A stretch of 64,000 bases of DNA, from NCBI GenBank assembly GCA_902826025.1, contig CADEDH010000003.1, positions 21,743 to 85,742 of the forward strand, written 5' to 3'. Source of the stretch: an uncultured Actinomycetes bacterium (lineage in GTDB: Bacteria; Actinomycetota; Acidimicrobiia; Acidimicrobiales; SZUA-35). Below, in pieces: positions 29,953-37,804 of this stretch. Both the position numbers and the translations under genes were made by a program. Each line of letters starts with the position of its first letter. Position 1 is the first letter of the stretch. The notes under the pieces are model-generated. The model did no database searches, was not told the origin of the DNA, and saw nothing but the letters and a program-made list of their open reading frames with translations.

Positions 29953-31077
29953 ATGACCGATTCCCCGATCACGGCCCCGCCGGCAGCGGCGGAGCGGCTG
30001 CGGGCCACCCGTCCCCGGGTACGGACCCGGCTCGGCTCCTCCATCGTCGCCATGGCGGCGGCCCTGATCGTGGTGGCGCTCACCTGGTGGAGCCTGTTCG
30101 CCTTCTGGGCCTCGTTCGCCGACGGCGCCCCGTGGCCGGTCACGGTGATCGTGGTGTTCCTGGCCGCCGCTGCGTTGGCCGTACCGGCCGCGGCGGGGCA
30201 GGCCGTCCAGGCTGCGTTGCAGGCCCGGTCGCTCGACCGGGCCGGCAACCACGCCGCGGCCCGGGTGGCGGCGGCCCGGGCCAGGGACATGCAGTGGTAC
30301 GTGCTCGGATTCGGCCTCGCCGCCCTGGTGGTGGCGTTCCTGGCCTTCCTCCTGGGCACGAACGACGGTGCTGTGCGGGAGGTCTTCTTCCGCTCGGACA
30401 TCTTCGGCAAGTCGTTCCGGGGCCTGACGGCGGCGTTCTGGCTGAACATCAAGATCTTCATGGCCACCGAGGTGCTGGTGCTGGTGTGGGCCCTGCTGGT
30501 GGCCGTGGTCCGCCAGATCCCGGGCCGGGCCGGCGCCCCCATCCGGTTCCTGGCCGTGGCCTACGTCGACGTGTTCCGGGGCCTGCCCGCCATCCTCGTG
30601 CTGACGCTGGTGGTGTTCGGCTTCCAGCTGGCCAAGCTGCCCGGGCTGTCGTTGCTGTCGCCCCCGCAGCAGCTGTTCTGGCTGGTGGTGCTGGCCCTCA
30701 CCCTGGTCTACGGAGCCTACGTGGCCGAGGTGTACCGGGCCGGGATGGACTCGATCCACTGGAGCCAGGCGGCGGCCGCCCGATCACTCGGGCTGTCGCA
30801 GGGCCAGACCCTCCGCTACGTCATCATCCCCCAGGGGGTGCGGCGGATGCTGCCGCCCCTGCTGAACGACTTCATCGGCCTCCAGAAGGACACGGCGCTG
30901 GCCTCGGTGGTGGGCACGGTTGAGGTGTTCAACAAGGCCGGGCTGTACAAGAGCCAGTTCTTCAACCTCACGGCGGTGGCGGTGGCCGGTCTGCTGTTCC
31001 TGATCATGACGATTCCCCTGGCCCGCTTCACCGACTGGCTGATCCGCCGGGACCAGCAGCGGACGCTGGTGGGCTGA
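29953..31077 (+). CDS. amino-acid ABC transporter permease (His/Glu/Gln/Arg family) with extended N-terminal membrane region
   Basis: 374 aa. It has the EAA-type loop AARSLGLSQGQTLRYVIIPQGVRRMLPPL. About 150 extra N-terminal residues carry additional TM helices. Confidence 0.85.
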   Translation: MTDSPITAPPAAAERLRATRPRVRTRLGSSIVAMAAALIVVALTWWSLFAFWASFADGAPWPVTVIVVFLAAAALAVPAAAGQAVQAALQARSLDRAGNHAAARVAAARARDMQWYVLGFGLAALVVAFLAFLLGTNDGAVREVFFRSDIFGKSFRGLTAAFWLNIKIFMATEVLVLVWALLVAVVRQIPGRAGAPIRFLAVAYVDVFRGLPAILVLTLVVFGFQLAKLPGLSLLSPPQQLFWLVVLALTLVYGAYVAEVYRAGMDSIHWSQAAAARSLGLSQGQTLRYVIIPQGVRRMLPPLLNDFIGLQKDTALASVVGTVEVFNKAGLYKSQFFNLTAVAVAGLLFLIMTIPLARFTDWLIRRDQQRTLVG

Positions 31078-31079
31078 CC

Positions 31080-31856
31080 ATGGCCGCCACCGACGACCAG
31101 CCAGGCCAGTTGCCCCCCTACGTCGAGTTCGCCGGCGTCCACAAGCACTACGGCCCCAACCACGTGCTGCGGGGTATCGACCTCGACATCGGCCACCACG
31201 AGGTGGTCTGCTTCATCGGGGCCTCGGGGTGCGGCAAGTCCACCCTGCTGCGCTGCGTCAATGCCCTGGAGGAGATCCAGCAGGGACAGATCCGGGTGGC
31301 CGGCGAGGCGGCCAGCGGGCCGGGGGTCGACGTCGACTTCCTGCGCCGGGTGGTGGGCATCGTGTTCCAGGGGTTCAACCTGTTCCCCCACATGACCGTG
31401 CTCCGCAACATCACGCTGGCCCCCACCAAGGTGCTGAAACTCCCCGAGGCCGAGGCTCGGGCCCGAGCCATTGCTCTGCTGGAACGGATCGGACTGGCCG
31501 ACAAGGCGGGCGAGTACCCCGACCGCTTGTCGGGCGGACAGCAGCAGCGGGTGGCCATCGCCCGGGCCCTGGCCATGGAGCCTGAGGTGATGCTGCTCGA
31601 CGAGATCACCAGCGCCCTCGACCCGGCGCTGGTGGGCGAGGTGCTGGCCATGGTGCGGGAGTTGGTGGACGAGGGCATGACGATCCTCATGGCCACCCAC
31701 GAGATGGGATTCGCCCGCGATGTGGCTAACCGGATCTGCTTCATGTCCGAGGGCAACCTGGCCGAGGTGGGCACGCCCGACGAGATCTTCCAGGATCCGC
31801 AGGACGAGCGGCTCCGCTCGTTCCTCCGCCGGGTCACCGAGGCCCGGCGCATGTAG
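31080..31856 (+). CDS. amino-acid ABC transporter ATP-binding protein
   Basis: 258 aa. It has Walker A GASGCGKST, the signature LSGGQQQRVAIARAL and Walker B MLLDEITSALD. Confidence 0.9.
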   Translation: MAATDDQPGQLPPYVEFAGVHKHYGPNHVLRGIDLDIGHHEVVCFIGASGCGKSTLLRCVNALEEIQQGQIRVAGEAASGPGVDVDFLRRVVGIVFQGFNLFPHMTVLRNITLAPTKVLKLPEAEARARAIALLERIGLADKAGEYPDRLSGGQQQRVAIARALAMEPEVMLLDEITSALDPALVGEVLAMVRELVDEGMTILMATHEMGFARDVANRICFMSEGNLAEVGTPDEIFQDPQDERLRSFLRRVTEARRM

Positions 31857-31883
31857 CCGACCGGTTCGGGGTAGCGCCCGAGC

Positions 31884-32339
31884 ATGGCGAAGCGAGACGA
31901 CAAGCGAGAGTCGGCCAAGGGGAGCACCACCGATCTGCCGTCGACCCTGGACCGGTCGGATGAGCACGCCCAGGCCATCTGGCGGGAGACCCACGACTCG
32001 GCAGTGGAGAGCTACGGGGAGGGCGAGCGGGCCCATCGCACCGCCTTCTCCGCCCTCAAGCACAGCTACGAGAAGGTTGGCGACCACTGGGAGCCCAAGG
32101 AGCACAAGGGCCCATCGGACGCCCAGGCCGCTCGCAGCGGAGCCGCTGCCCGGCGAGGTGGTGACCGTCGGGGAGCCACGGCGGGCGGGGTCGACGCCAA
32201 CGCCACCAAGGCCCACCTGATGGACCTGGCCCGCCGCCTCGAGGTCAAGGGCCGGTCGTCGATGACCAAGCAGGAGCTGGTGGAGGCGATCGACAAGGCC
32301 AACCGCCGCGAGACTGCGGCTGCCCGCCGCGCCGGCTGA
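31884..32339 (+). CDS. ChaB-like domain protein with Rho-N-like C-terminal domain
   Basis: 151 aa. LPSTLDRSDEHAQAIWRETHDSAVESYGEGERAHRTAFSALKHSYEKVGDHW is ChaB-like. LMDLARRLEVKGRSSMTKQELVEAI is Rho_N/SAP-like. Confidence 0.65.
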   Translation: MAKRDDKRESAKGSTTDLPSTLDRSDEHAQAIWRETHDSAVESYGEGERAHRTAFSALKHSYEKVGDHWEPKEHKGPSDAQAARSGAAARRGGDRRGATAGGVDANATKAHLMDLARRLEVKGRSSMTKQELVEAIDKANRRETAAARRAG

Positions 32340-32388
32340 TCCCCTACCTGCCTCCGCCGATCAGGGGGACGGCCCCGATCCCGCCGGG

Positions 32389-32616
32389 ATGGCCACGGCG
32401 CACGATACGACCATGACCGCTCTGCTCGACACCCGCACCCCCGCCACCACCGCCCGCATGACCATCCCGCCCGCCGCGCCGGTGACGGCCAAGGGCTGGC
32501 ACGACGACCCCTGGCACCACCACGAGCTCCGCTACCACGACGGCGCCGGCTGGACCGGGCATGTCACCCACTTCGGTCCCGTCCCCTGCGCCGGCTGCCG
32601 CGGCAGCGCCCGCTGA
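32389..32616 (+). CDS. DUF2510-like small protein
   Basis: 75 aa. GWHDDPWHHHELRYHDGAGWTGHV matches the GW.DP....RYWDG..WT pattern of DUF2510. Confidence 0.5.
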   Translation: MATAHDTTMTALLDTRTPATTARMTIPPAAPVTAKGWHDDPWHHHELRYHDGAGWTGHVTHFGPVPCAGCRGSAR

Positions 32617-32684
32617 CCCGGTCGGCCTGAGCGACAGCCGCAACACGGGTCGGACCTGCGTCGCGGTCGGCGCGCTCAGCGGGA

Positions 32685-33638
32685 TCATCGCGACGCAGAA
32701 GCGGCGGCCGCGGCGGCGGCCGATCGCAGCTCGGCCACCAGCTCGGCCGGGGTCAGATCGGGGCAGCCGGCCTGGGTTCGGAACCAACGCAGGATCTCCC
32801 ACTCGCTGTCGGCCTCAGGCCCCGCCTGCAGATACCGGATCAGCTCCCGGCTCCCCGCCTGGTGGACGAAGTTCCACGTGACCGATAGCGAGTCCTCCAG
32901 CACCAGCACGTCGTGCAGCCAGCCCCGGGGGATGTAGATGAGGTCGCCGGGGTGAACCAGCCCCCGCAGGTCGGGCTCGGCCGCCAGGCGCCCCGAACCG
33001 TCGCCCCGGACATCGAGAAAGCCGCCGTAGGAGCTGGTGTCGTCACCGAGGTGGAGCTCTGCGGCCCGACCCGGTGCGTACAGCACAGCCTCCTTCACCC
33101 CGGCGAACTGGGCGACCACGGCATCGGTGCCGAACGGGTCGCGGTGGAGTCGGGTGCGGGCGCCCCGGGCCGCCACCAGGAGGCCCCGGTACGGGAAGCG
33201 ATCGGACACCGGATCACCACCGCCCACCGGTAGCACCAGGTCGTGGCGGGGCAGACAGGCCGGAGCGGCCCAGGTGTCGGCCATGCGGGCCAGGGCCTCG
33301 TCGCCCCAGGCCGCCTCCACGTCTCGCAGCCGGTTGTACCAGCGGACATAGGGGACCTCATCGCCGGGGTCGAGGAGACCCGGATCTCCCGGAACGCCAT
33401 CTCCCCTGGCGAACCAGTCGTCGAGGTAGTCGTCGAGGGTGGCGATGTCCTCCAGGTCGAACAAAGAGCCGTAGACCAGGGTGGCCAGGCCCCCGGCCCG
33501 GGCCCGGAGCCCCTGGGCCGTCCAGGCCTCCCGGTCGTAGCTGAGCCCCCGCACCACCACCGGCCGGCCGGGGGCCAGCCAGCGGCCAACGAACTCGTCG
33601 GGGCTGGGCATGTCGATCACGTCGAGTGGTGTGGTCAT
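32685..33638 (-). CDS. JmjC/cupin-8-like Fe(II)/2-oxoglutarate-type oxygenase
   Basis: The internal ATG (MTTPLDVIDMPSPDEFVGRWLAPGRPVVVRGL...) overlaps the stop of the synthetase by 4 nt. The candidate facial triad is HxD in TRLHRDPF plus His in YIPRGWLHDV. Confidence 0.75.
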   Translation of the reverse strand: MTTPLDVIDMPSPDEFVGRWLAPGRPVVVRGLSYDREAWTAQGLRARAGGLATLVYGSLFDLEDIATLDDYLDDWFARGDGVPGDPGLLDPGDEVPYVRWYNRLRDVEAAWGDEALARMADTWAAPACLPRHDLVLPVGGGDPVSDRFPYRGLLVAARGARTRLHRDPFGTDAVVAQFAGVKEAVLYAPGRAAELHLGDDTSSYGGFLDVRGDGSGRLAAEPDLRGLVHPGDLIYIPRGWLHDVLVLEDSLSVTWNFVHQAGSRELIRYLQAGPEADSEWEILRWFRTQAGCPDLTPAELVAELRSAAAAAAASASR

Positions 33639-36600
33639 GAGATCACCTGCAGTTCGTTGACAGACGAGTCGGGAAACGTGACCTGGCGCTGGCCCGCCGG
33701 TGGGGAGACCGGGCGGGCCGGGTTCCCCTGCCAATGGCCGCCCGACTCCACCGTGGTTCCCTTCATCACGAACGAGTCGGCGTCGATCACGCAGTGGTCG
33801 CCCAGCTCGGTGGCGTAGTGGACGAGGGCGGCGGGGCCCACGGTGCAGCCCGTTCCGAGGTGGACGCGGTCGGACTTGAACGTGCCGTCCTCCAGCGAGT
33901 GGGCCTGGAGCACGGCGCCGTGGTTGAGGCAGCAGTCGTCGCCGATGGCCACCAGGCCCGGCTCGGTGAGGCCGGCGCCGTCGTCGAACACCCGGGCCCC
34001 TACCTGGGCCCCCTGCAACCGCAGGAACCAGGGCTTGACCGGCGTCCCGTCGAACACCCGGAGGAAGGCGTTGTAGTTCAGCTTCCAGAAGCGCTCGTGG
34101 GCCCAGAAGCGGGGGTCGTAGAGCGAGCAGTACAGCGGCTGGACGGGCTGGAACCGCACCACGAGCCGCTCCAGGAGAACGGAGACGAGTGCGCCGCCCA
34201 CGACGGTGGTGGCAGCGGCCGCGGCCAGGGCCAGGGCCGTGGGCGCGAGGCCGGCACCGGGGCCGACCAGGTTCAGCGCCGCCGCCCCCGACCCCAGGGC
34301 CAGCACCGTCAACAGCCACCACCGAGCCAGGTACAACGCCATCGTCACCAGGTTGGACCGCAGCTTTCGGGCCAGCCGCTGTTCCAACAGGCCCGGCTGC
34401 TTGTAGAGGTCGAACAAGTGGTCCCGCTGCACCGAGCGGGGGATCTCGAACGCCGGCGATCCGAGGAGGCCCACCCCGGTGCGAACCGGGCCGTCGAGGG
34501 GGACCGCCGCCTTCGTGGCGATGAGACAGTTCGGGCCGACGGCGGCATCGGCCGGGTAGCGCACCACGTTGCCCAGGTAGGTGTCGGCCGGCACCGACAC
34601 CGCCCGGAGCCGGAACGAGGTGCCCGACACCTCCAGATTGGTCAACCGGAGCCCGTCGGACACCAGCGTGTTGCGGTTGAAGGTGCACAGGAAGGGGCTG
34701 TGATGGCGTTGGTCGACCCCGAAGTTGGACCCGGTCTGGGTGGCCTGGGACAAGTCGTAGCCCACCGCCGACAGCCAGCCGACGATCATCGCCGAGTCGC
34801 CGAAGACGGTGCACAAGAAGCGGTTGTTGCTGAAGCGGGCCAGGGCCCGGGCCGCCTGCCACCGCAGGCCGTGGAGCGGGTGCGACACCTCGGGGGCCAC
34901 CAGCGGCCGCAGCAGGCGGGGTACGACGAGCACGGTGGCGGCGGCGGTGACGAGGCTCGCCGCTTCGAGGGCCAGGGCGGCCAGACCGAGCCGCAGGGCC
35001 GTGCCCGCCGGGCCGCCGCCCGTGCCCAGCAGCGTCTCGGCCGAGAGGTCGAACCGGGCGGCCGCCGCCAGGGGGGCCAAGGAGGCAGGGAGAGTGACCA
35101 ACAGCAGCGACAGGATCTGGCCGAGGGTGAAGAGCGCCCGTTTCCGGGGTTCCACCGGTCGGGGTTCGCACCGGTCGAAGGTGGTGGCGCACGGCTCGGC
35201 CGGCGAGCCCTGCCACACCGTCCCGTCGGGCACCCGCTGGCCCGCCAGCAAGGCCGAGGCGGGGCCGAGCTGGGCCCCGGCGCCCACGGCCGTGCCCGGC
35301 GACAGCACGGTGCCGTCGCCCACCAGGGCCCCGGCGCCGATGGCTATGGGGCCGGGCCGCAGCCAACCGCCGATGGCCACGTAAGTGGCCAGCACCGCTT
35401 CGTGGCGGACTACGGCCCCGGCGCCGATCGAGACCAGGTCGGTGCACACAGGGGGTGGGGCCAGCACCACCGCCCCTGCCCCGACCCGGGTGCCGACGGC
35501 CCGCAGGTAGACGTTGTAGGCCGGAGTGCCGGCCAGCAGGACCATGGGGTTGAGGGTGACGGCCAGCCGGGCCACCCAGAACCGCAGGTAGGCGACGGTC
35601 CACAGCGGCACCGGCTCGTCCCGGAACCGGCCGACGGCCAGCCACTTGACCGCCACCAGGCCCACCACGGTGGCCAGCCACAGGCCGCCGCCGGCGGCGA
35701 CGAGCCGCAACCACGTGCCCACCGGCCCGGCCGGTTGGCCGAGGAGGCGGAAGGCCGCCAACCCGGCCATGGCCGACACCGCCAGGACCAGCAGCTGGAT
35801 CCCCACCTGGGCCACCCCCGTGGCCACATGGGCCGCTCGGCTCGGCACCCGCAGCGGGTGGGCGGGAACCGGCCCCGGATCGGCCGCCGGCGCCGGGGGC
35901 TCCGCCGACCGATCCGACCAACCGGCTGCCGCCGGCGACGCTGCCGGGGGCGGCGCCGTGTCGGTGGCCGGCGATGGTGGCAGCAAGGCGGCCAGGGCGG
36001 CGACGGTCGGATGCTGGTAGAGCTGTTTGAGGGTCAGCCGGCGGACGCCCAGCGTTGAGCGGAGCTCGGTGACGAATCGGGCCATGGTGAGCGAGTCGGC
36101 GCCCAGCTCGGCGAAGAAGTCGGCCTCCACCGACACGGCCGGCAGGTCGAGCACCTCGGCCAGGAGGCCGGCCAGGCGGGCCTCGGTCTCGGTCCTGGGC
36201 ACCACCAGGTCCACCTCGTCGGCCACGAACCGGCGGCCGGCCGGGGCGGGCAGGGCCGACCGGTCGGCCTTGCCACTGGCCAGGAGGGGGACCTCGGCGA
36301 TCGGCTCCAGCAGGGTCGGCACCATGTAGGCCGGCAGGCCCGCCCGCAGGGCGGCGTACACCGCGCCCAGGTCCATCTCCCCGCCGGACGTGGCCGGCGC
36401 CAACCAGGCGGCCAGCACCACCGAGCCGTCGGGCAGGGTGTGGGGGGCCACCACGGCGTTGCCCACCCCGGGCACGGCCCGGGCCGTCGCCTCGATCTCG
36501 CTCAGCTCGATCCGGTAGCCGCGGATCTTCACCTGGGTGTCGATCCGACCCAGGTACTCCACCTCGCCGTCGTCGGTGAGCCGGCCCAGGTCGCCGGTTC

Positions 36601-37804
36601 GGTACAGGCGTCGGCCCGGGTTGTCGGGCAGGCCCAGCACGTCGTCCACGAAGGCCGCCGCCGTCTGCTCGGGCCGGTTGAGGTACCCCTCGGCCACCCC
36701 GATGCCGCCCACGGTGATCTCCCCCACCTCGCCCCGGGGAACCGGACGGGCACCGCCGTCGGGATCGAGCAGGGCCACGGTGTAGGTGGGCAGGGGGCGT
36801 CCGATCGTGATCGGCCGCCCCGGAATCAGCTCGCCCCAGGTGGCGCTGACCGTGGTTTCGGTGGGTCCGTACAGGTTGAGCACCCGGCGCCCGGGCTCGA
36901 ACCACGGCCCGATCACGTCGGCCGGGCAGGCCTCCCCCGACACCAGCAGCAGGCGGAGCGCCGGCAGCGGGGGCCGCACCGTGGCCAGCACGGTGGGCAC
37001 GGTGGCCAGGGCCGTGATCCGCTGCTCGTCGAGGAACTGGCGCAGGTCGTCGGCCACCAGCTGGGCTCCGGGCGGAGCCGGCACCAGGGTGGCCCCGGCC
37101 ACCAGGGGAACCCAGATCTCCTCGAAGGCGTAGTCGAAGGCGATCGTGAGCCCCTGGTAGACCCGGTCGTCGGGACGGTAGCCGTAGAGGCCGGCGGCCA
37201 CCCGTACGAAGCTCACGATGCTCGACTGCCGGATCGGTACCCCCTTCGGCTGGCCGGTTGAGCCCGAGGTGTAGATCACGTAGCACTCGGGATCGGGGTC
37301 GGACGACGCCGAGGTGTATCCCCCACGGGAGCGGCGGGCGATCTCGGGCTGGGCCTGATCGAGGGCGACCACGGGCACGCCGGCCGATTCGAACCGCCCG
37401 GTGAGCTCCGAGACCGTCAGCACAGCGGCCGCCCCGCTGTCGGCCAGCAGGAACCGGAGCCGCTCGGGTGGGAACGACGCGTCGAGGGGCACCCAGGACA
37501 CCCCGATGCGAGACAGCGCCAGCACCGTGGCGTAGGCGTCGACCGACCGCCCGAGCAGCAGGGCCACCCGCTGGCCGGGGGTGATGCCGGCGTCGGTCAG
37601 GTGGTGGGCCAGCTGGTGGGAACGGCCCCGCAGCTCGGCGAAGCTGTATCCGATGCCGCCGTAGTCGACGGCCAGGCGGCGTCGGGCGCGCCGGCCCAGA
37701 GCGGCGCAGGTCTGGTCGAACAGGTCGTGTAACCGCTCACCGGCGAACCATGCCGTCGGGTGGTCGGGGTCGCCAACGAGCACCGACACCGACTCGCCGT
37801 TCAC
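33635..37804 (-). CDS. Pls-type (epsilon-poly-lysine-synthetase-like) membrane-embedded single-module NRPS: A-T-(TM pair + hexapeptide-repeat domain)x3
   Basis: The GTG start (VNGESVSVLVGDPD...) overlaps the aminotransferase stop (GTGA). Adenylation motifs seen: YVIYTSGSTGQPKGV, NLYGPTETT, YRTGDLG, GRIDTQVKIRGYRIELSEIE and SGKADR. The carrier domain is FFAELGADSLTMARF. Three soluble blocks rich in [LIV]G hexapeptide-like repeats follow, each flanked by hydrophobic helices. I saw no canonical C (HHxxxDG) or TE (GxSxG) domain. 1389 aa. Confidence 0.85.
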   Translation of the reverse strand: MNGESVSVLVGDPDHPTAWFAGERLHDLFDQTCAALGRRARRRLAVDYGGIGYSFAELRGRSHQLAHHLTDAGITPGQRVALLLGRSVDAYATVLALSRIGVSWVPLDASFPPERLRFLLADSGAAAVLTVSELTGRFESAGVPVVALDQAQPEIARRSRGGYTSASSDPDPECYVIYTSGSTGQPKGVPIRQSSIVSFVRVAAGLYGYRPDDRVYQGLTIAFDYAFEEIWVPLVAGATLVPAPPGAQLVADDLRQFLDEQRITALATVPTVLATVRPPLPALRLLLVSGEACPADVIGPWFEPGRRVLNLYGPTETTVSATWGELIPGRPITIGRPLPTYTVALLDPDGGARPVPRGEVGEITVGGIGVAEGYLNRPEQTAAAFVDDVLGLPDNPGRRLYRTGDLGRLTDDGEVEYLGRIDTQVKIRGYRIELSEIEATARAVPGVGNAVVAPHTLPDGSVVLAAWLAPATSGGEMDLGAVYAALRAGLPAYMVPTLLEPIAEVPLLASGKADRSALPAPAGRRFVADEVDLVVPRTETEARLAGLLAEVLDLPAVSVEADFFAELGADSLTMARFVTELRSTLGVRRLTLKQLYQHPTVAALAALLPPSPATDTAPPPAASPAAAGWSDRSAEPPAPAADPGPVPAHPLRVPSRAAHVATGVAQVGIQLLVLAVSAMAGLAAFRLLGQPAGPVGTWLRLVAAGGGLWLATVVGLVAVKWLAVGRFRDEPVPLWTVAYLRFWVARLAVTLNPMVLLAGTPAYNVYLRAVGTRVGAGAVVLAPPPVCTDLVSIGAGAVVRHEAVLATYVAIGGWLRPGPIAIGAGALVGDGTVLSPGTAVGAGAQLGPASALLAGQRVPDGTVWQGSPAEPCATTFDRCEPRPVEPRKRALFTLGQILSLLLVTLPASLAPLAAAARFDLSAETLLGTGGGPAGTALRLGLAALALEAASLVTAAATVLVVPRLLRPLVAPEVSHPLHGLRWQAARALARFSNNRFLCTVFGDSAMIVGWLSAVGYDLSQATQTGSNFGVDQRHHSPFLCTFNRNTLVSDGLRLTNLEVSGTSFRLRAVSVPADTYLGNVVRYPADAAVGPNCLIATKAAVPLDGPVRTGVGLLGSPAFEIPRSVQRDHLFDLYKQPGLLEQRLARKLRSNLVTMALYLARWWLLTVLALGSGAAALNLVGPGAGLAPTALALAAAAATTVVGGALVSVLLERLVVRFQPVQPLYCSLYDPRFWAHERFWKLNYNAFLRVFDGTPVKPWFLRLQGAQVGARVFDDGAGLTEPGLVAIGDDCCLNHGAVLQAHSLEDGTFKSDRVHLGTGCTVGPAALVHYATELGDHCVIDADSFVMKGTTVESGGHWQGNPARPVSPPAGQRQVTFPDSSVNELQVIS

